From contig JAQVCV010000001.1 in NCBI GenBank assembly GCA_028689615.1, positions 133,697-197,696 of the forward strand: DNA of 64,000 bases, written 5' to 3'. Source of the stretch: Bacteroidales bacterium. GTDB taxonomy: Bacteria > Bacteroidota > Bacteroidia > Bacteroidales > TTA-H9. The notes under the pieces were generated by a model. It was not told the DNA's origin. It did not search any database and saw only the letters and a program-made list of their open reading frames with translations. Of this stretch, positions 25,481 to 35,800 are shown piece by piece. How positions within the stretch are numbered: position 1 is the first letter of the stretch; every line of letters begins with the position of its first letter. The position numbers and the translations under genes were made by a program.

Positions 25481-26046
25481 AAAAACCACCGGAGCACAAC
25501 ATCATCACAAATAGAGGTTGAGATTATGGTTACAAGAGAAAGTGCAATAAAAACCGCAAGATCATTTATAAGCGACTGCCAATCAAAAGGATTAACTTTT
25601 CATAAGGTATTCCTTTTTGGTTCTGCAGCCAAAGAGAAGACTCACGAGTGGTCAGATATTGATTTGCTTTTGATTTCCGACCAATTTACCGATAACCTCT
25701 TCGACAATCTGAAACTATACTCCAAGGTTAACATAAAATATCCGCTGATTGAGACCCATCCCTATCCCACCACTTATTTCTACGAAGGAGATGATTTTAT
25801 TCAGGAGATTATTAACAACGAGAGCATTGAGATATTACCCATCCCTAACTCCGTTTAAAAAGAGTACAGAGAGTAGATCTTTGAGTTTCGATCCGGATTT
25901 AAGTTCTCGACCTTCGTGATGTTGCACCTTTTTGGATGTCGCCCTCACTTAGCAAGTTTTTATCCGATGTTGATTGTTGCTTTTCTCTACGAAACCACCC
26001 GAATCCTCAGCGACTGGAACACGTTTGGGGTGGCACGGAAAGAATA
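25418..26046 (+). mobile_element. 505-bp single-gene insertion bounded by perfect 62-bp direct repeats (duplicated ctp 3' end)
   Basis: ctctacgaaaccacccgaatcctcagcgactggaacacgtttggggtggcacggaaagaata occurs at 25418-25479 and 25985-26046 with no mismatch. No recombinase gene lies inside. Confidence 0.7.
25526..25858 (+). CDS. Minimal nucleotidyltransferase (MNT-like, Pol-beta superfamily)
   Basis: 110 aa. LFGSAAKEKTHEWSDIDLLLIS is the GS-x(n)-DxD NTase signature. No HEPN partner ORF is adjacent. Confidence 0.8.
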   Translation: MVTRESAIKTARSFISDCQSKGLTFHKVFLFGSAAKEKTHEWSDIDLLLISDQFTDNLFDNLKLYSKVNIKYPLIETHPYPTTYFYEGDDFIQEIINNESIEILPIPNSV

Positions 26047-26076
26047 ACCGACTTACCCAAATCAAGGATTCACAGC

Positions 26077-26113
26077 CACCTGCCGCCACTTTCTGGCGGC
26101 AGGTGCTGTTTTC
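26077..26113. terminator. Hairpin terminator (probably bidirectional)
   Basis: CCACCTGCCGCCA cttt(c) TGGCGGCAGGTG followed by CTGTTTTC. Lies just after the second copy of the ctp 3' end, and just after the stop of the minus-strand remnant at 26112. Confidence 0.65.
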
Positions 26114-26410
26114 AGGAAATCCATTCCCAAAAATTATCGCGGTTGACCACCAATACCACCGCAGGCTTATAGGCCCCGGCAAACGAGGGGGGAACCCTGA
26201 AATCGGTCTTCGGGCTAAGTTCAAACTCCCAGCCCTCCATCGTGCCGTCGCGCTCTTCAACACAGTCAATTTCTGCCAGTTATTAATCTCAACACAACCC
26301 GAAATCGGCAGACAAACCCACTTTTTGCTAATGCAATCGCAAATAGTAGCCACTTTTTGCGATTCCATTAACAGAATTTTATACCGAAACCACTCGATAC
26401 AGCCATTCAA
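26112..26410 (-). pseudogene. Possible frameshifted small gene, family unrecognised
   Basis: Frame 1: MNGCIEWFRYKILLMESQKVATICDCISKKWVCLPISGCVEINNWQ. The adjacent frame continues EIDCVEERDGTMEGWEFELSPKTDFRVPPSFAGAYKPAVVLVVNRDNFWEWIS* and ends 7 nt from the hairpin. Judged only by protein-like composition. Confidence 0.25.
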
Positions 26411-26487
26411 CCGCCGTTTAAAACACGAAAAACTACCTCAACAGAGGCAACTTCTGTCAATAATTGTGTTACAATATTGTTATTGAC

Positions 26488-26495
26488 TACCTTTG
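26488..26495 (+). promoter_or_regulatory. Bacteroidota-type -7 promoter box (TAnnTTTG)
   Basis: TACCTTTG 23 nt upstream of ATG 26519. Confidence 0.45.
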
Positions 26496-26518
26496 CGAAA
26501 CCTACCACCCTTCGAACC

Positions 26519-27901
26519 ATGATCCACTTTAACCATAAACTATTCATTTTAGGCGTTTTGCTTTGCCTTGTCGGGAAGACGGGGTGGGGGCAGTTGCAGG
26601 TAGAACAAGACAAAACTGCTCAACAATTAGCAGAGATGCTGGTTGGGAATGGTGTTACAGTGCTAAATCCTTCCATTACTGGCTCTTCGATGGCAAATGG
26701 TTTTTTCTTTAACGGAGAGACAACCAATCTGGGAATCGATTCAGGAGTAGTAATAAGCAGTGGTAAAGTTGTTAATATTCCAGGACCTGTAAATACAGGA
26801 CTCAGCACAGGTTTTAATCTTCCAGGCGATATCGATCTTTCTACCTGGTCAGGGAAAACAACTGCAGATGCTTTTGTTTTAGAATTTGATTTTATACCTT
26901 CTTATGATGAAATAAATCTGACATATACTTTTGGATCATCAGAGTATCAATCCGTAGCATGGTACACCGGTGATTATAACGATATATTTGCCTATTTTGT
27001 ATCCGGGCCAAGACCCAACAGTTCAATTCCATATAATCGCGAAAATATCGCATTAATACCCAATACCGAAATCCCTGTCTCAGTTTTCAATGTAAATCCC
27101 GATGTCAATAATGAGTACTATAGGGGGAATTCAGGGAATACTATAGCATTTTATGGTCTGACTGTAGTGTTTATTGCATCTTTACCCGTTGTTCCTTGCG
27201 AGCAATATCATATAAAAATTGCATTATCCGATGCCGGGGGATCTCCTCCTAATGGTGACGATGTTTATGATTCCGGCGTTTTCCTTAAAGCCGGTAGTTT
27301 CTCCAGTCCTGGTATAGCCCTGGAACCCTTATACACCACCCCAGGCGGCGAACCCTTTGCAGTGGAGGGCTGCACCCAGGCCGATTTGAGGGTTACCCTC
27401 CCGTTTGCCAACCCCGTTACTTCGTGGGTGGTGTTCGACAGCATCACCGGCACAGCCACCAACGGGGTTGATTACAATTTCCTGAACGACAGCGTGATGT
27501 TTCTCCCTAACCAGGTAAGCGTCACCATTCCCATCGTACCCGTTTACGACGGGCTGCCCGAAGGCGACGAAAACATCTTTATCTACCTCTCCAACCAGGT
27601 GGGTTGCGCCGGCACCAACCTTCAGCGCACCGAAATTGTGCTGCACAACTTCACCCCTGTTGAAATTGGCAGCGACACGGCGGTGTGCGAGGGAACCCAG
27701 GTAACCTTCGATGCCGGCGAAGGTTACAAAAGCTACACCTGGCACGACGGCTCCCACGGCGACACCTGGACTTCGACCGGCACGCCATCGGTTACCCAGG
27801 TGAGCGTCAACATTATCGACAACTACGGCTGCCCCAGCTCCGATGCCCTTCAACTCACAACCCACCCCCAACCGGTTCAAAACCCCATCAAACACGAATG
27901 A
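26519..27901 (+). CDS. Secreted choice-of-anchor-L + Calx-beta protein, C-terminal Ig-like module ending ...PIKHE
   Basis: Start at MIHFNHKLFILGVLLCLVGKTGWGQ. QLAEMLVGNGVTVLNPSITGSSMANGFF...FDFIPSYDEINLTYTFGSSEY. Calx-beta-like ITGTATNGVDYNFLNDSVMFLPNQVSVTIPIVPVYDGLPEGDENIFIYL. Confidence 0.8.
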   Translation: MIHFNHKLFILGVLLCLVGKTGWGQLQVEQDKTAQQLAEMLVGNGVTVLNPSITGSSMANGFFFNGETTNLGIDSGVVISSGKVVNIPGPVNTGLSTGFNLPGDIDLSTWSGKTTADAFVLEFDFIPSYDEINLTYTFGSSEYQSVAWYTGDYNDIFAYFVSGPRPNSSIPYNRENIALIPNTEIPVSVFNVNPDVNNEYYRGNSGNTIAFYGLTVVFIASLPVVPCEQYHIKIALSDAGGSPPNGDDVYDSGVFLKAGSFSSPGIALEPLYTTPGGEPFAVEGCTQADLRVTLPFANPVTSWVVFDSITGTATNGVDYNFLNDSVMFLPNQVSVTIPIVPVYDGLPEGDENIFIYLSNQVGCAGTNLQRTEIVLHNFTPVEIGSDTAVCEGTQVTFDAGEGYKSYTWHDGSHGDTWTSTGTPSVTQVSVNIIDNYGCPSSDALQLTTHPQPVQNPIKHE

Positions 27902-28014
27902 GTAATTTTTAGATTGGCGAACAATACTCCTTTTACAAAAACCAACTAATCAACTACTTCGTCATGAATAGAAAAAATTTAACAAGCAACATCCTTTTCA
28001 AATCGAAATTATCC

Positions 28015-28022
28015 ATACCTTT
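28015..28022 (+). promoter_or_regulatory. Bacteroidota-type -7 promoter box (TAnnTTTG)
   Basis: TACCTTTG about 150 nt upstream of ATG 28171. Confidence 0.3.
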
Positions 28023-28170
28023 GCACCCTTTTTTGGAAAAACATTAATTTTTGGTTGAAAATGAATTTCTTAGCATTGAAAACCTTTTTTTCAGCCGTTT
28101 GTTAATGTGAAGTTAAAATGCAGTTAACAGGGGTTTCGCACCTTTGCTGCCGTTAAAGTGACGATCATTT

Positions 28171-30252
28171 ATGCCATTGACAAAACTTAGAAACATCGGT
28201 ATTGCCGCGCACATCGATGCCGGAAAAACCACCATGTCGGAGCGAATCCTATACTTCACGGGAGTCACCCGCAAATTAGGCGAAGTCCACGACGGACAAG
28301 CCACTATGGACTTCATGAAGCAGGAGCAGGAGCGCGGCATCACCATCGCTTCGGCAGCCATCACCTGCCAATGGAACGACTACCAGATCAACCTGATCGA
28401 CACACCGGGGCACGTTGACTTCACAGTTGAGGTAGAACGTTCGTTGCGTGTTCTGGATGGTGTGATTGCCCTTTTCTGCGCCGTGAGCGGAGTGGAACCC
28501 CAGAGCGAAACCGTTTGGAACCAAGCCGATCGCTACAAGGTGCCCCGCATCGCCTTTATCAACAAGATGGACCGCACGGGTGCCGATTTCTACGAAGTAC
28601 TCAGCCAGCTCAACAAAGACCTCGACGCCCACGGACTGGCTTTCCAGCTCCCGATAGGAGCTGAAGACGACTTCACCGGCATCATCGATGTTGTTGAGCA
28701 AAAAGCCTACAACTTCGATAAAGAGACCCGCATAGAGATTCCCATCCCTGCCGATATGACAGAGAAAGCACGCGAAGCCCGTCTGGCCATAGCCGAAGCT
28801 CTCTCTGATTTCAGCGAAGAGATCATGGAACTTTTCCTTGAAGACAAGGAAGTGCCAACCGAGTTGCTGAAACGGGTGGCTCGTGAAGCCACCATCAAAC
28901 TGAGCATCACACCAGTTTTCTGCGGAGCTGCCTACAAAAACAAAGGGGTTCAGTTGCTGCTGGATGGTGTGATCGATTACCTCCCCTCGCCTCTCGACAA
29001 AGGTGCCGTGGTAGGACACGACATTGACGATCCGGAAAAGACCCGTTGCCGCAAGCCCAGCAGCAAAGAACCTTTCGCTGCTATAGCATTCAAACTGATT
29101 CACGATCCCTACGTTGGCCAACAAACCTTTATCCGCATCTACTCGGGTGAGCTGAAGAGCGGCATGGGCATTTTAAACAGCACCAAAGGCAAGCCCGAAC
29201 GCATTGGCCGTATCCTGCGCATTCATGCCAAAGACCGCGAAGAGGTAACCGTGGCAGGTCCCGGCGAAATTGTGGCCCTTATCGGGATGAAAAACACCAA
29301 AACCGGCGACACCCTCTGCGATCCAGAGCATCCTCTGCACCTCGAATCCATCCACATTCCGCCCAGTGTGGTGGAGTTGAAAATAAACCCCGCTACCCGC
29401 AAAGACCAGAGCAAGCTTGGTGAAGCTTTGGCCAAACTCACCAACGAAGATCCTTCATTCAAAGTTCGTTACGACGAAGAGACCGAAGAAACCGTGATTT
29501 CGGGAATGGGCGAGCTGCATCTTGAAATTATTGTGGACCGTCTGAAAACAGAATTCGGACTCGAAGTGGTTGTGGGTGAGCCCGCCGTAGCATACCGCGA
29601 AACTTTGCAAGTAGAACAGGAATCGACTTACCGCCACGTGAAACAATCGGGTGGTAAAGGCCAGTTTGCCCACACGGTATTGCGCGTAGAACCCAATCCT
29701 GGCAAAGGGTACGAGTTTATTGACCGGATCAAGGGAGGTGCTATCCCCGCCGAATACGTCACCTCGGTAAACAAAGGTATTATGAAGACCATCGAGGACG
29801 GCGTTTTAGCCGGTTTCCCTGTTGTTGATGTGAAAGTTACACTCCTCGACGGCTCGTTCCACCCGGTTGACTCCTCCGATTTCGCCTTCCAGATTTGCTC
29901 ATCGATCTGCTTCAAACAAGCGTTCATGAAAGGCGATCCCCAGTTGCTGGAGCCTGTAATGAAGGTTGAAGTGAACACACCCGACGATTACATCGGCGAC
30001 ATCGTGGGTAACCTCAACAAACGTCGCGGACGTATTGAATCGATGCGCCGCCACCGCAAAGGGTCGCAGAAGGTGAACGGATTTGTGCCTCTGGTTGAGA
30101 TGTTTGGTTATGCAAATTCGCTTCGAAACCTGTCGAGCGGACGTGCCAACTACAGCATGGAGTTCTTCCAGTATATGCCAGTTACCAGAGCGGTTCAGGA
30201 GGATGTACTCAAGAAGCTTGCTGAGAAAAAGCGTGCCGAGCAAGGCAAATAG
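28171..30252 (+). CDS. Elongation factor G family GTPase (stand-alone paralog)
   Basis: 693 aa. [44 protein letters not shown]. Not next to rpsL/rpsG/tuf. Confidence 0.9.
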   Translation: MPLTKLRNIGIAAHIDAGKTTMSERILYFTGVTRKLGEVHDGQATMDFMKQEQERGITIASAAITCQWNDYQINLIDTPGHVDFTVEVERSLRVLDGVIALFCAVSGVEPQSETVWNQADRYKVPRIAFINKMDRTGADFYEVLSQLNKDLDAHGLAFQLPIGAEDDFTGIIDVVEQKAYNFDKETRIEIPIPADMTEKAREARLAIAEALSDFSEEIMELFLEDKEVPTELLKRVAREATIKLSITPVFCGAAYKNKGVQLLLDGVIDYLPSPLDKGAVVGHDIDDPEKTRCRKPSSKEPFAAIAFKLIHDPYVGQQTFIRIYSGELKSGMGILNSTKGKPERIGRILRIHAKDREEVTVAGPGEIVALIGMKNTKTGDTLCDPEHPLHLESIHIPPSVVELKINPATRKDQSKLGEALAKLTNEDPSFKVRYDEETEETVISGMGELHLEIIVDRLKTEFGLEVVVGEPAVAYRETLQVEQESTYRHVKQSGGKGQFAHTVLRVEPNPGKGYEFIDRIKGGAIPAEYVTSVNKGIMKTIEDGVLAGFPVVDVKVTLLDGSFHPVDSSDFAFQICSSICFKQAFMKGDPQLLEPVMKVEVNTPDDYIGDIVGNLNKRRGRIESMRRHRKGSQKVNGFVPLVEMFGYANSLRNLSSGRANYSMEFFQYMPVTRAVQEDVLKKLAEKKRAEQGK

Positions 30253-30293
30253 TCGCAGAATACATTTCGTTTTTTATACTTTCTTTTGTGTTG

Positions 30294-30326
30294 ACCCCGG
30301 GGTTGCGATAGCTCCGGGGTTTTTAT
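30294..30326. terminator. Bidirectional hairpin terminator between convergent EF-G and tadA
   Basis: CCCCGG ggttgcgatagct CCGGGG followed by TTTTTATT. Confidence 0.6.
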
Positions 30327-30351
30327 TGTTCAATGAAAGCCGTAAGGGCGG

Positions 30352-30804
30352 TTATCGTTTGACGGCGAAAAAGGATTTCATCAGGTTGGCGGCTTCGGTG
30401 CCACCAGGACCTTGCCGCAGAATTGTTTTTGGGTGCAGTGCCTTTGGTGCAAAAGCAAGGAAACCCCTTTTGGGATCGGAGGCAGCATACACCACCGATC
30501 CAATTTGCGACCACCCCAAAGCTCCGGCACACATCACGCAAGGCTCGAGGGTAACATAAAGTGTGCAACCTGTGAGGTATTTACCGCCCATGGCATGGGT
30601 TGCCGCTGTAATGGCAATCATTTCGGCGTGGGCTGTGGGGTCGTTGAGCTTCTCGGTGAGGTTGTGCCCGCGGGCTACAATGCGCCCTTGAAAAACCACC
30701 ACAGCACCAACAGGGATTTCGTTGTGTTGCATGGCCAGTTTAGCCTCCTTTAAGGCCTCGGCCATAAACCTGGCATCATCAGTCGGTAGCTCACTCAGAA
30801 TCAC
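30352..30804 (-). CDS. tadA: tRNA-specific adenosine deaminase
   Basis: 150 aa. HAEMIAI and PCVMCAGAL zinc-binding motifs. Confidence 0.9.
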   Translation of the reverse strand: MILSELPTDDARFMAEALKEAKLAMQHNEIPVGAVVVFQGRIVARGHNLTEKLNDPTAHAEMIAITAATHAMGGKYLTGCTLYVTLEPCVMCAGALGWSQIGSVVYAASDPKRGFLAFAPKALHPKTILRQGPGGTEAANLMKSFFAVKR

Positions 30805-31204
30805 TGTTGCAGTTATCAGCGGGGTTTAAATATTTATCGATGGTTGACAGCAAGACATCGAGGGAGACAGGCTTTGTAATGAAATCAGTACATCCTGCCG
30901 CGTTTCCTGCCATCGAATCGGCAAGCAGCACGTGGGCAGTTTGTGCCACTATGGGCAACCGTAAGGTAGTTTCCCTGATGACCCGGGTAGCATCAAGGCC
31001 ATCCATGCCCGGCATATCCAAATCCATCAGTATAAGCTCTATTTCAGAATTTTCCCTGAAAAGCTTTACGGCTTCAAAACCATTAGAGGCCCATAGTATA
31101 TTGAGACCACGGTGGGCGAGTGCCGCGGAAAAATATTGAACACTTGTTTCAGAATCTTCGGCAATAAGTATGGTCTTGCCAGGCCATTTGTATTGATTCA
31201 GCAT
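30791..31204 (-). CDS. Stand-alone response-regulator receiver protein
   Basis: 137 aa. ILIAEDSE...LILMDLDMPGMDGLDATRVIRE...PIVAQTAH. Confidence 0.85.
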   Translation of the reverse strand: MLNQYKWPGKTILIAEDSETSVQYFSAALAHRGLNILWASNGFEAVKLFRENSEIELILMDLDMPGMDGLDATRVIRETTLRLPIVAQTAHVLLADSMAGNAAGCTDFITKPVSLDVLLSTIDKYLNPADNCNSDSE

Positions 31205-31224
31205 TGCAATGGGGCTTGTGGGGA

Positions 31225-32817
31225 CTAAAGGTGAAAACGGCGGTTGATGATCTCAGTAAGCTGTTCGTTTTTAAATGGTTTTGTAATAAAATCGTCCATT
31301 CCGGCCTCGAAGCAAACATCGCGATCGCTTTCGAGGGTGTTGGCTGTCATGGCTACAATGGGGATGTGTGATTGAAGCTTCTTCTCGTCCTCCCTGATTT
31401 TCAGGGTTGCCTCTATTCCATCCATCTCCGGCATTTGTACATCCATGAGAATCAGATCATACTTCTTTTTCCGAAACATATTGAGAGCCTCTATTCCGTT
31501 GACGGCAACATCAACCGAGTGCCCGTTTTTCTTAAGATTGATAACGGCCACCTTTTGGTTGATGGGATTGTCCTCAGCCAGAAGGATTTTGAGTTGTAAG
31601 GGCGATTGAGCAACAAACTGCTTTTCGTGAAGAGAGACTTGAGCGGGGTGCAATATTTTTTCAAATGTAGCAGTAAACCAAAAAGTTGACCCATGTCCCA
31701 ATTTGCTTTCCACGCCAATTTGTCCGTCCATCATTTCACAAAGGCTTTTGCTAATGGCCAACCCCAGGCCGGTGCCGCCATACTTGCGGGTTGTTGAAGG
31801 GTCGGCCTGCGAGAACGATTTAAACAACCTCTCCTGCTGTTCAGTAGAAATGCCAATCCCTGTATCAACCACTCTGAACATCACCTTCACGGTGTTTTCC
31901 CCCTCTTTGTGCAACACAACATTCACCTCCACCTTACCATTTGGAGCAAACTTAATGGCATTGTTCATCAGGTTGACCAAAATCTGTTTGAGGCGAAACG
32001 GATCGCCCAAAAGGGCTTCGGGAATGTCGGGACTGACGCTGTAGCCGAGCACCACGCCGTTGTTTTGAGCGTTTACCTGCAACATCCTCAAAACCTCTTC
32101 AATTTCGGTGCGTAAATCAAACGGGATAAGTTCCAGATCGATCTGCTTTGATTCAATTTTTGAGAAATCAAGAATGTCGTTGATTATCGAAAGGAGGTTT
32201 TTCCCTGAAACCAGAATGGTTCCCAGGTAGTCGCGTTGCTCGTCGTCGAGATTTGTTTGCGACAAGAGTTCCGACATTCCAATGATGCCATTCATCGGGG
32301 TTCGGATTTCGTGGCTCATGTTGGCCAGAAACAACGATTTGGCTTTGGTAGCCGTCTCGGCTTTCTCTTTTGCCGCTTTGAGTTCTTCGTTCATAAACTC
32401 CTTCTCGCGCAACAGACGCGCCAACTCTTGCTTTTGGTGATAGAGTTCGAGGAAAACCTTTACTTTGCCGCGCAACACACGCGGATCGATTGGTTTGCTG
32501 ATAAAATCGACGGCACCGCTTTCAATCCCTTTAACAACATGAAACTCCTCTTTATAGATTGCCGAAACGAAGATTACAGGAAGAAACTGAGCCTGTCGGG
32601 TTTGCCTCATCAGTTGAACGGTTTCGAATCCATCCATTCCGGGCATTTGTATGTCGATGATTGCCAAAGCAAAATCATGATTCAACACTTTTACCAGCCC
32701 TTCGTTGCCCGACAGAGCCCTTACGAAGTTCACATCAAAGCCATCGAGGACGGTTTCGAGCGAAACCAGGTTCTCAAGCTTATCGTCAACAATCAGAATT
32801 TGTGGTCTTTGAGTCAT
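31225..32817 (-). CDS. Hybrid histidine kinase (REC-HisKA-HATPase-REC)
   Basis: 530 aa. N-terminal REC (ILIVDDK...[12 protein letters not shown]), [31 protein letters not shown]-terminal REC ([11 protein letters not shown]...[10 protein letters not shown]). Confidence 0.9.
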   Translation of the reverse strand: MTQRPQILIVDDKLENLVSLETVLDGFDVNFVRALSGNEGLVKVLNHDFALAIIDIQMPGMDGFETVQLMRQTRQAQFLPVIFVSAIYKEEFHVVKGIESGAVDFISKPIDPRVLRGKVKVFLELYHQKQELARLLREKEFMNEELKAAKEKAETATKAKSLFLANMSHEIRTPMNGIIGMSELLSQTNLDDEQRDYLGTILVSGKNLLSIINDILDFSKIESKQIDLELIPFDLRTEIEEVLRMLQVNAQNNGVVLGYSVSPDIPEALLGDPFRLKQILVNLMNNAIKFAPNGKVEVNVVLHKEGENTVKVMFRVVDTGIGISTEQQERLFKSFSQADPSTTRKYGGTGLGLAISKSLCEMMDGQIGVESKLGHGSTFWFTATFEKILHPAQVSLHEKQFVAQSPLQLKILLAEDNPINQKVAVINLKKNGHSVDVAVNGIEALNMFRKKKYDLILMDVQMPEMDGIEATLKIREDEKKLQSHIPIVAMTANTLESDRDVCFEAGMDDFITKPFKNEQLTEIINRRFHL

Positions 32818-32824
32818 AGATGGT

Positions 32825-35800
32825 TTATTTGAATAGCCATACGCGCATCAGTGAAATGAGCTTCTCCACGTTCACAGGTTTGGAGATGTAATCGTTGGCT
32901 CCGGCGTTGATGCATTTAGCCCGATCCTCTTTCATAGCCTTGGCCGTTAGAGCAATTACAGGCAAATTCCGAAATCTTTTGTCTTCTCTGATCTTCCCAA
33001 TGGCTTCATAGCCATCCATCTCGGGCATCATGATGTCCATCAGAACAAGGTCGATATCCGGATGGTTTTGGAGCATTTGAATAGCGTTTTTGCCGTTGTC
33101 GGCCGCTTTTATATCCAGACCTTTGTCTTCCAACACCCTTGTAAGGGCAATCACGTTGCGCATATCGTCATCAACAATCAGTATCTTCTTTTCTCTGAAA
33201 ATGCTGTCTTTGTCGTGCAAATAGGAGATGATTTGTTGTTGGTCGCTGGGAAGTTCGCTCACAACCCGATGCAAAAAGAGTGCAGTTTCATCAAGGAGTC
33301 GTTCTTCCGATTTAACCCCTTTGATGATAATTGACTCGGTATAATTGTGAAGTTCGGAATTTTCTTCGCGGGTAAGTTCCCGGCCGGTATAAACAATTAC
33401 GGGAGGAATTTCGACTGATGGATCGCGTCGCAATTGTTTAAGCAATTCAAACCCCGACATGTCGGGCAGACCCAGATCAAGGATCATGCAATCGAAGTGG
33501 TGCGATTTAATTTTGTCGATGGCCTCTTTACCACTGGAAACAGAGCTTATGGCTACTCCCTGATCGCCAATAACCGACCGGATGCTTTTTTGAAGGTTCG
33601 CGTCATCTTCAACCAGCAGAAGATCCTTGATTTTTCGGTTGACGTAGCTGCCCAGTTTATCAAAAGCCTTCTCGAGTGCTTCAGGTTGAGCTGGTTTGGT
33701 GAGGTAACCTATGGCACCTTTACGGAAAGCATCGATGGTTTCTTCGTAGGCCGACATCATGTGAACCGGGATATGACGGGTGTCAGGATTCTGCTTGAGT
33801 TGATCCAACACGGTCCATCCGTCGATACCCGGGAGGTTGATATCGAGGATAATGGCAGCCGGCTTGTGTTTGGTAGCAAGTTCAATTCCCTCTTCCCCGG
33901 TAGGAGCTGCCAACACTTTGAACCCTTTCCCGCGTGCCTCACCGGCCAAAACACGGGCAAAATTGGTATCGTCTTCCACAATCAGAATGACTTTATCTCC
34001 GGAAAGTAAACTCTCGCGATCGTCGGGAATCCTGTCGATGGGTTTATCGGGCAGCACGGCAGGCTTAGGAATCTCCACATCCGGAGCCAGGTGACTCATG
34101 CTTTGCCTGAAGGGTTCGGGTTTGGGGTTGCCGGCAATTGGCTGTGGAGCCGATGATTCTTCGGGATCTTGTTTGGCAACCTGAGCCAGAGGTTTTATTT
34201 CGCCGTTAAGCGGAAGATAGAGGGTAAAAACAGAACCCTGCCCCGGATTGCTTTCCAGACCGATTTCGCCACCCAGCAGGCGAGCCAGTTCTCGCGATAT
34301 GGAAAGCCCCAGACCCGTACCGCCATACTTGCGCGAAGTGCTGCCATCGGCTTGCTTGAAAGCTTCGAAGATTTCCAGTTGCTTTTCAGGAGGGATGCCA
34401 ATACCGGTATCGCCAACACTGATACTTATGGCGCCGTTGGTTCTGAGGTTTTCAGTTTGCAATTGGTTTTGTGGTTTCGCAACGGCAATTGAAAAAGAGA
34501 TGGTTCCGTGAGGAGTAAACTTAACAGCATTCGACATCAGGTTTTTAACTATTTGCTCTACCCTTTGCCTGTCGGTAAGCATGGTATCGGGAACCTGTTC
34601 AGATAGGTGCAAATCAAGTTTAAGGTTACGGGCTTCAATCTGATGGCCAAAAGAGCGACGTACATAATGCAACAGATCCGACACCGCCATATGTTCAGGA
34701 TTGATATCCATGCGTCCGGCTTCAATTTTCGACAGGTCGAGAATGTCGTTGATAAGACTAAGCAACTCGTTGCCGCTGTGGTTGATGATTTCGGCAGCCT
34801 CGGTCTGGTCGGGAGTCAGGTTTCCTTTCTTGTTATCGGCCAGGCTTCGCGATAAAATCAGCAAGCTGTTGAGCGGCGTACGCAGTTCGTGCGACATGTT
34901 GGCCAGGAACTCCGATTTGTATTTGCTTGCCCTTTCCACATCAGCAGCTTTTCGTTCAATCTCCTCTTTTGCTTTTTGCAACTCCTGGTTTTTAACAGCA
35001 ATTCCCGCCTTTTGCTGTTCGAGCAGGTGTGTTTTTTCTTCCAGTTCTTCGTTCGTTACCCGCAGCTCTTCCTGTTGCGCCTGAAGATTTTGCTCCGACT
35101 CTTTCAAAGCCCTTGCCTGCTCTTCGAGTTCCTCGTTGGCTTCACGGAGTTCTTCTTGTTGCACCCTCAACTCTTCGGCCTGTTCCTGAGTTTGCAGGAG
35201 CAAGTGTTTCATTTCCCATTTCACCCTGATACCCTGCAATGAGATGGCCATCCCTTCGGCAACCGTGTCAAGCAGCTTTAATTTTACAGGATCGAACGGG
35301 GAAGTGGATGCCATTTCGATAACACCGGCAACCACTTTCTCATGAACCAGGGGCATAACCACCACAAACTGTTCAGAAGCTTCGCCCATTCCACTGCGGA
35401 TAAGGATGAAATCGGAAGGAGCTTTTTCGAATACAATCATTTTCTGCTCCATGGCAGCCTGCCCAACCAACCCCTCACCAAAGGCAAAACGATTTACATC
35501 TGACTTGCGGTGGCTAAAAGCATAACTGCTTGTAAGGGTGAGCTGATCGTTCTCTTTGTTGATGTACAAAGCCGCAGCCTGAAAACCAAGCAGGTCGGCC
35601 AGCTCTACCAACAAATCAGATCCGAGTTGCTCCATCGACTTATCGCCCCGCAGGGCGTCGTTGATTTTAACAACACCGGTTTGGAGCCAGATATTTTCTG
35701 AATTAAGTTTGTTGAGACGGGCCAGGTTGTCGCGCATTTTCACGAGGGCATTACCCAACAGATCGTTTTTGCTAAGCAAATTGTAGGAAACGCCTTCGTG

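Noticed and set aside
28276-29124. 282-aa ORF antisense to the EF-G gene
   Set aside because: It is opposite a high-confidence conserved gene and has no recognisable motif.
28171-30252. Tet(M)/Tet(Q)-type ribosomal protection protein
   Set aside because: The switch-region sequence [22 protein letters not shown] and the 693-aa length fit EF-G proper rather than the shorter Tet ribosomal protection proteins (from memory).
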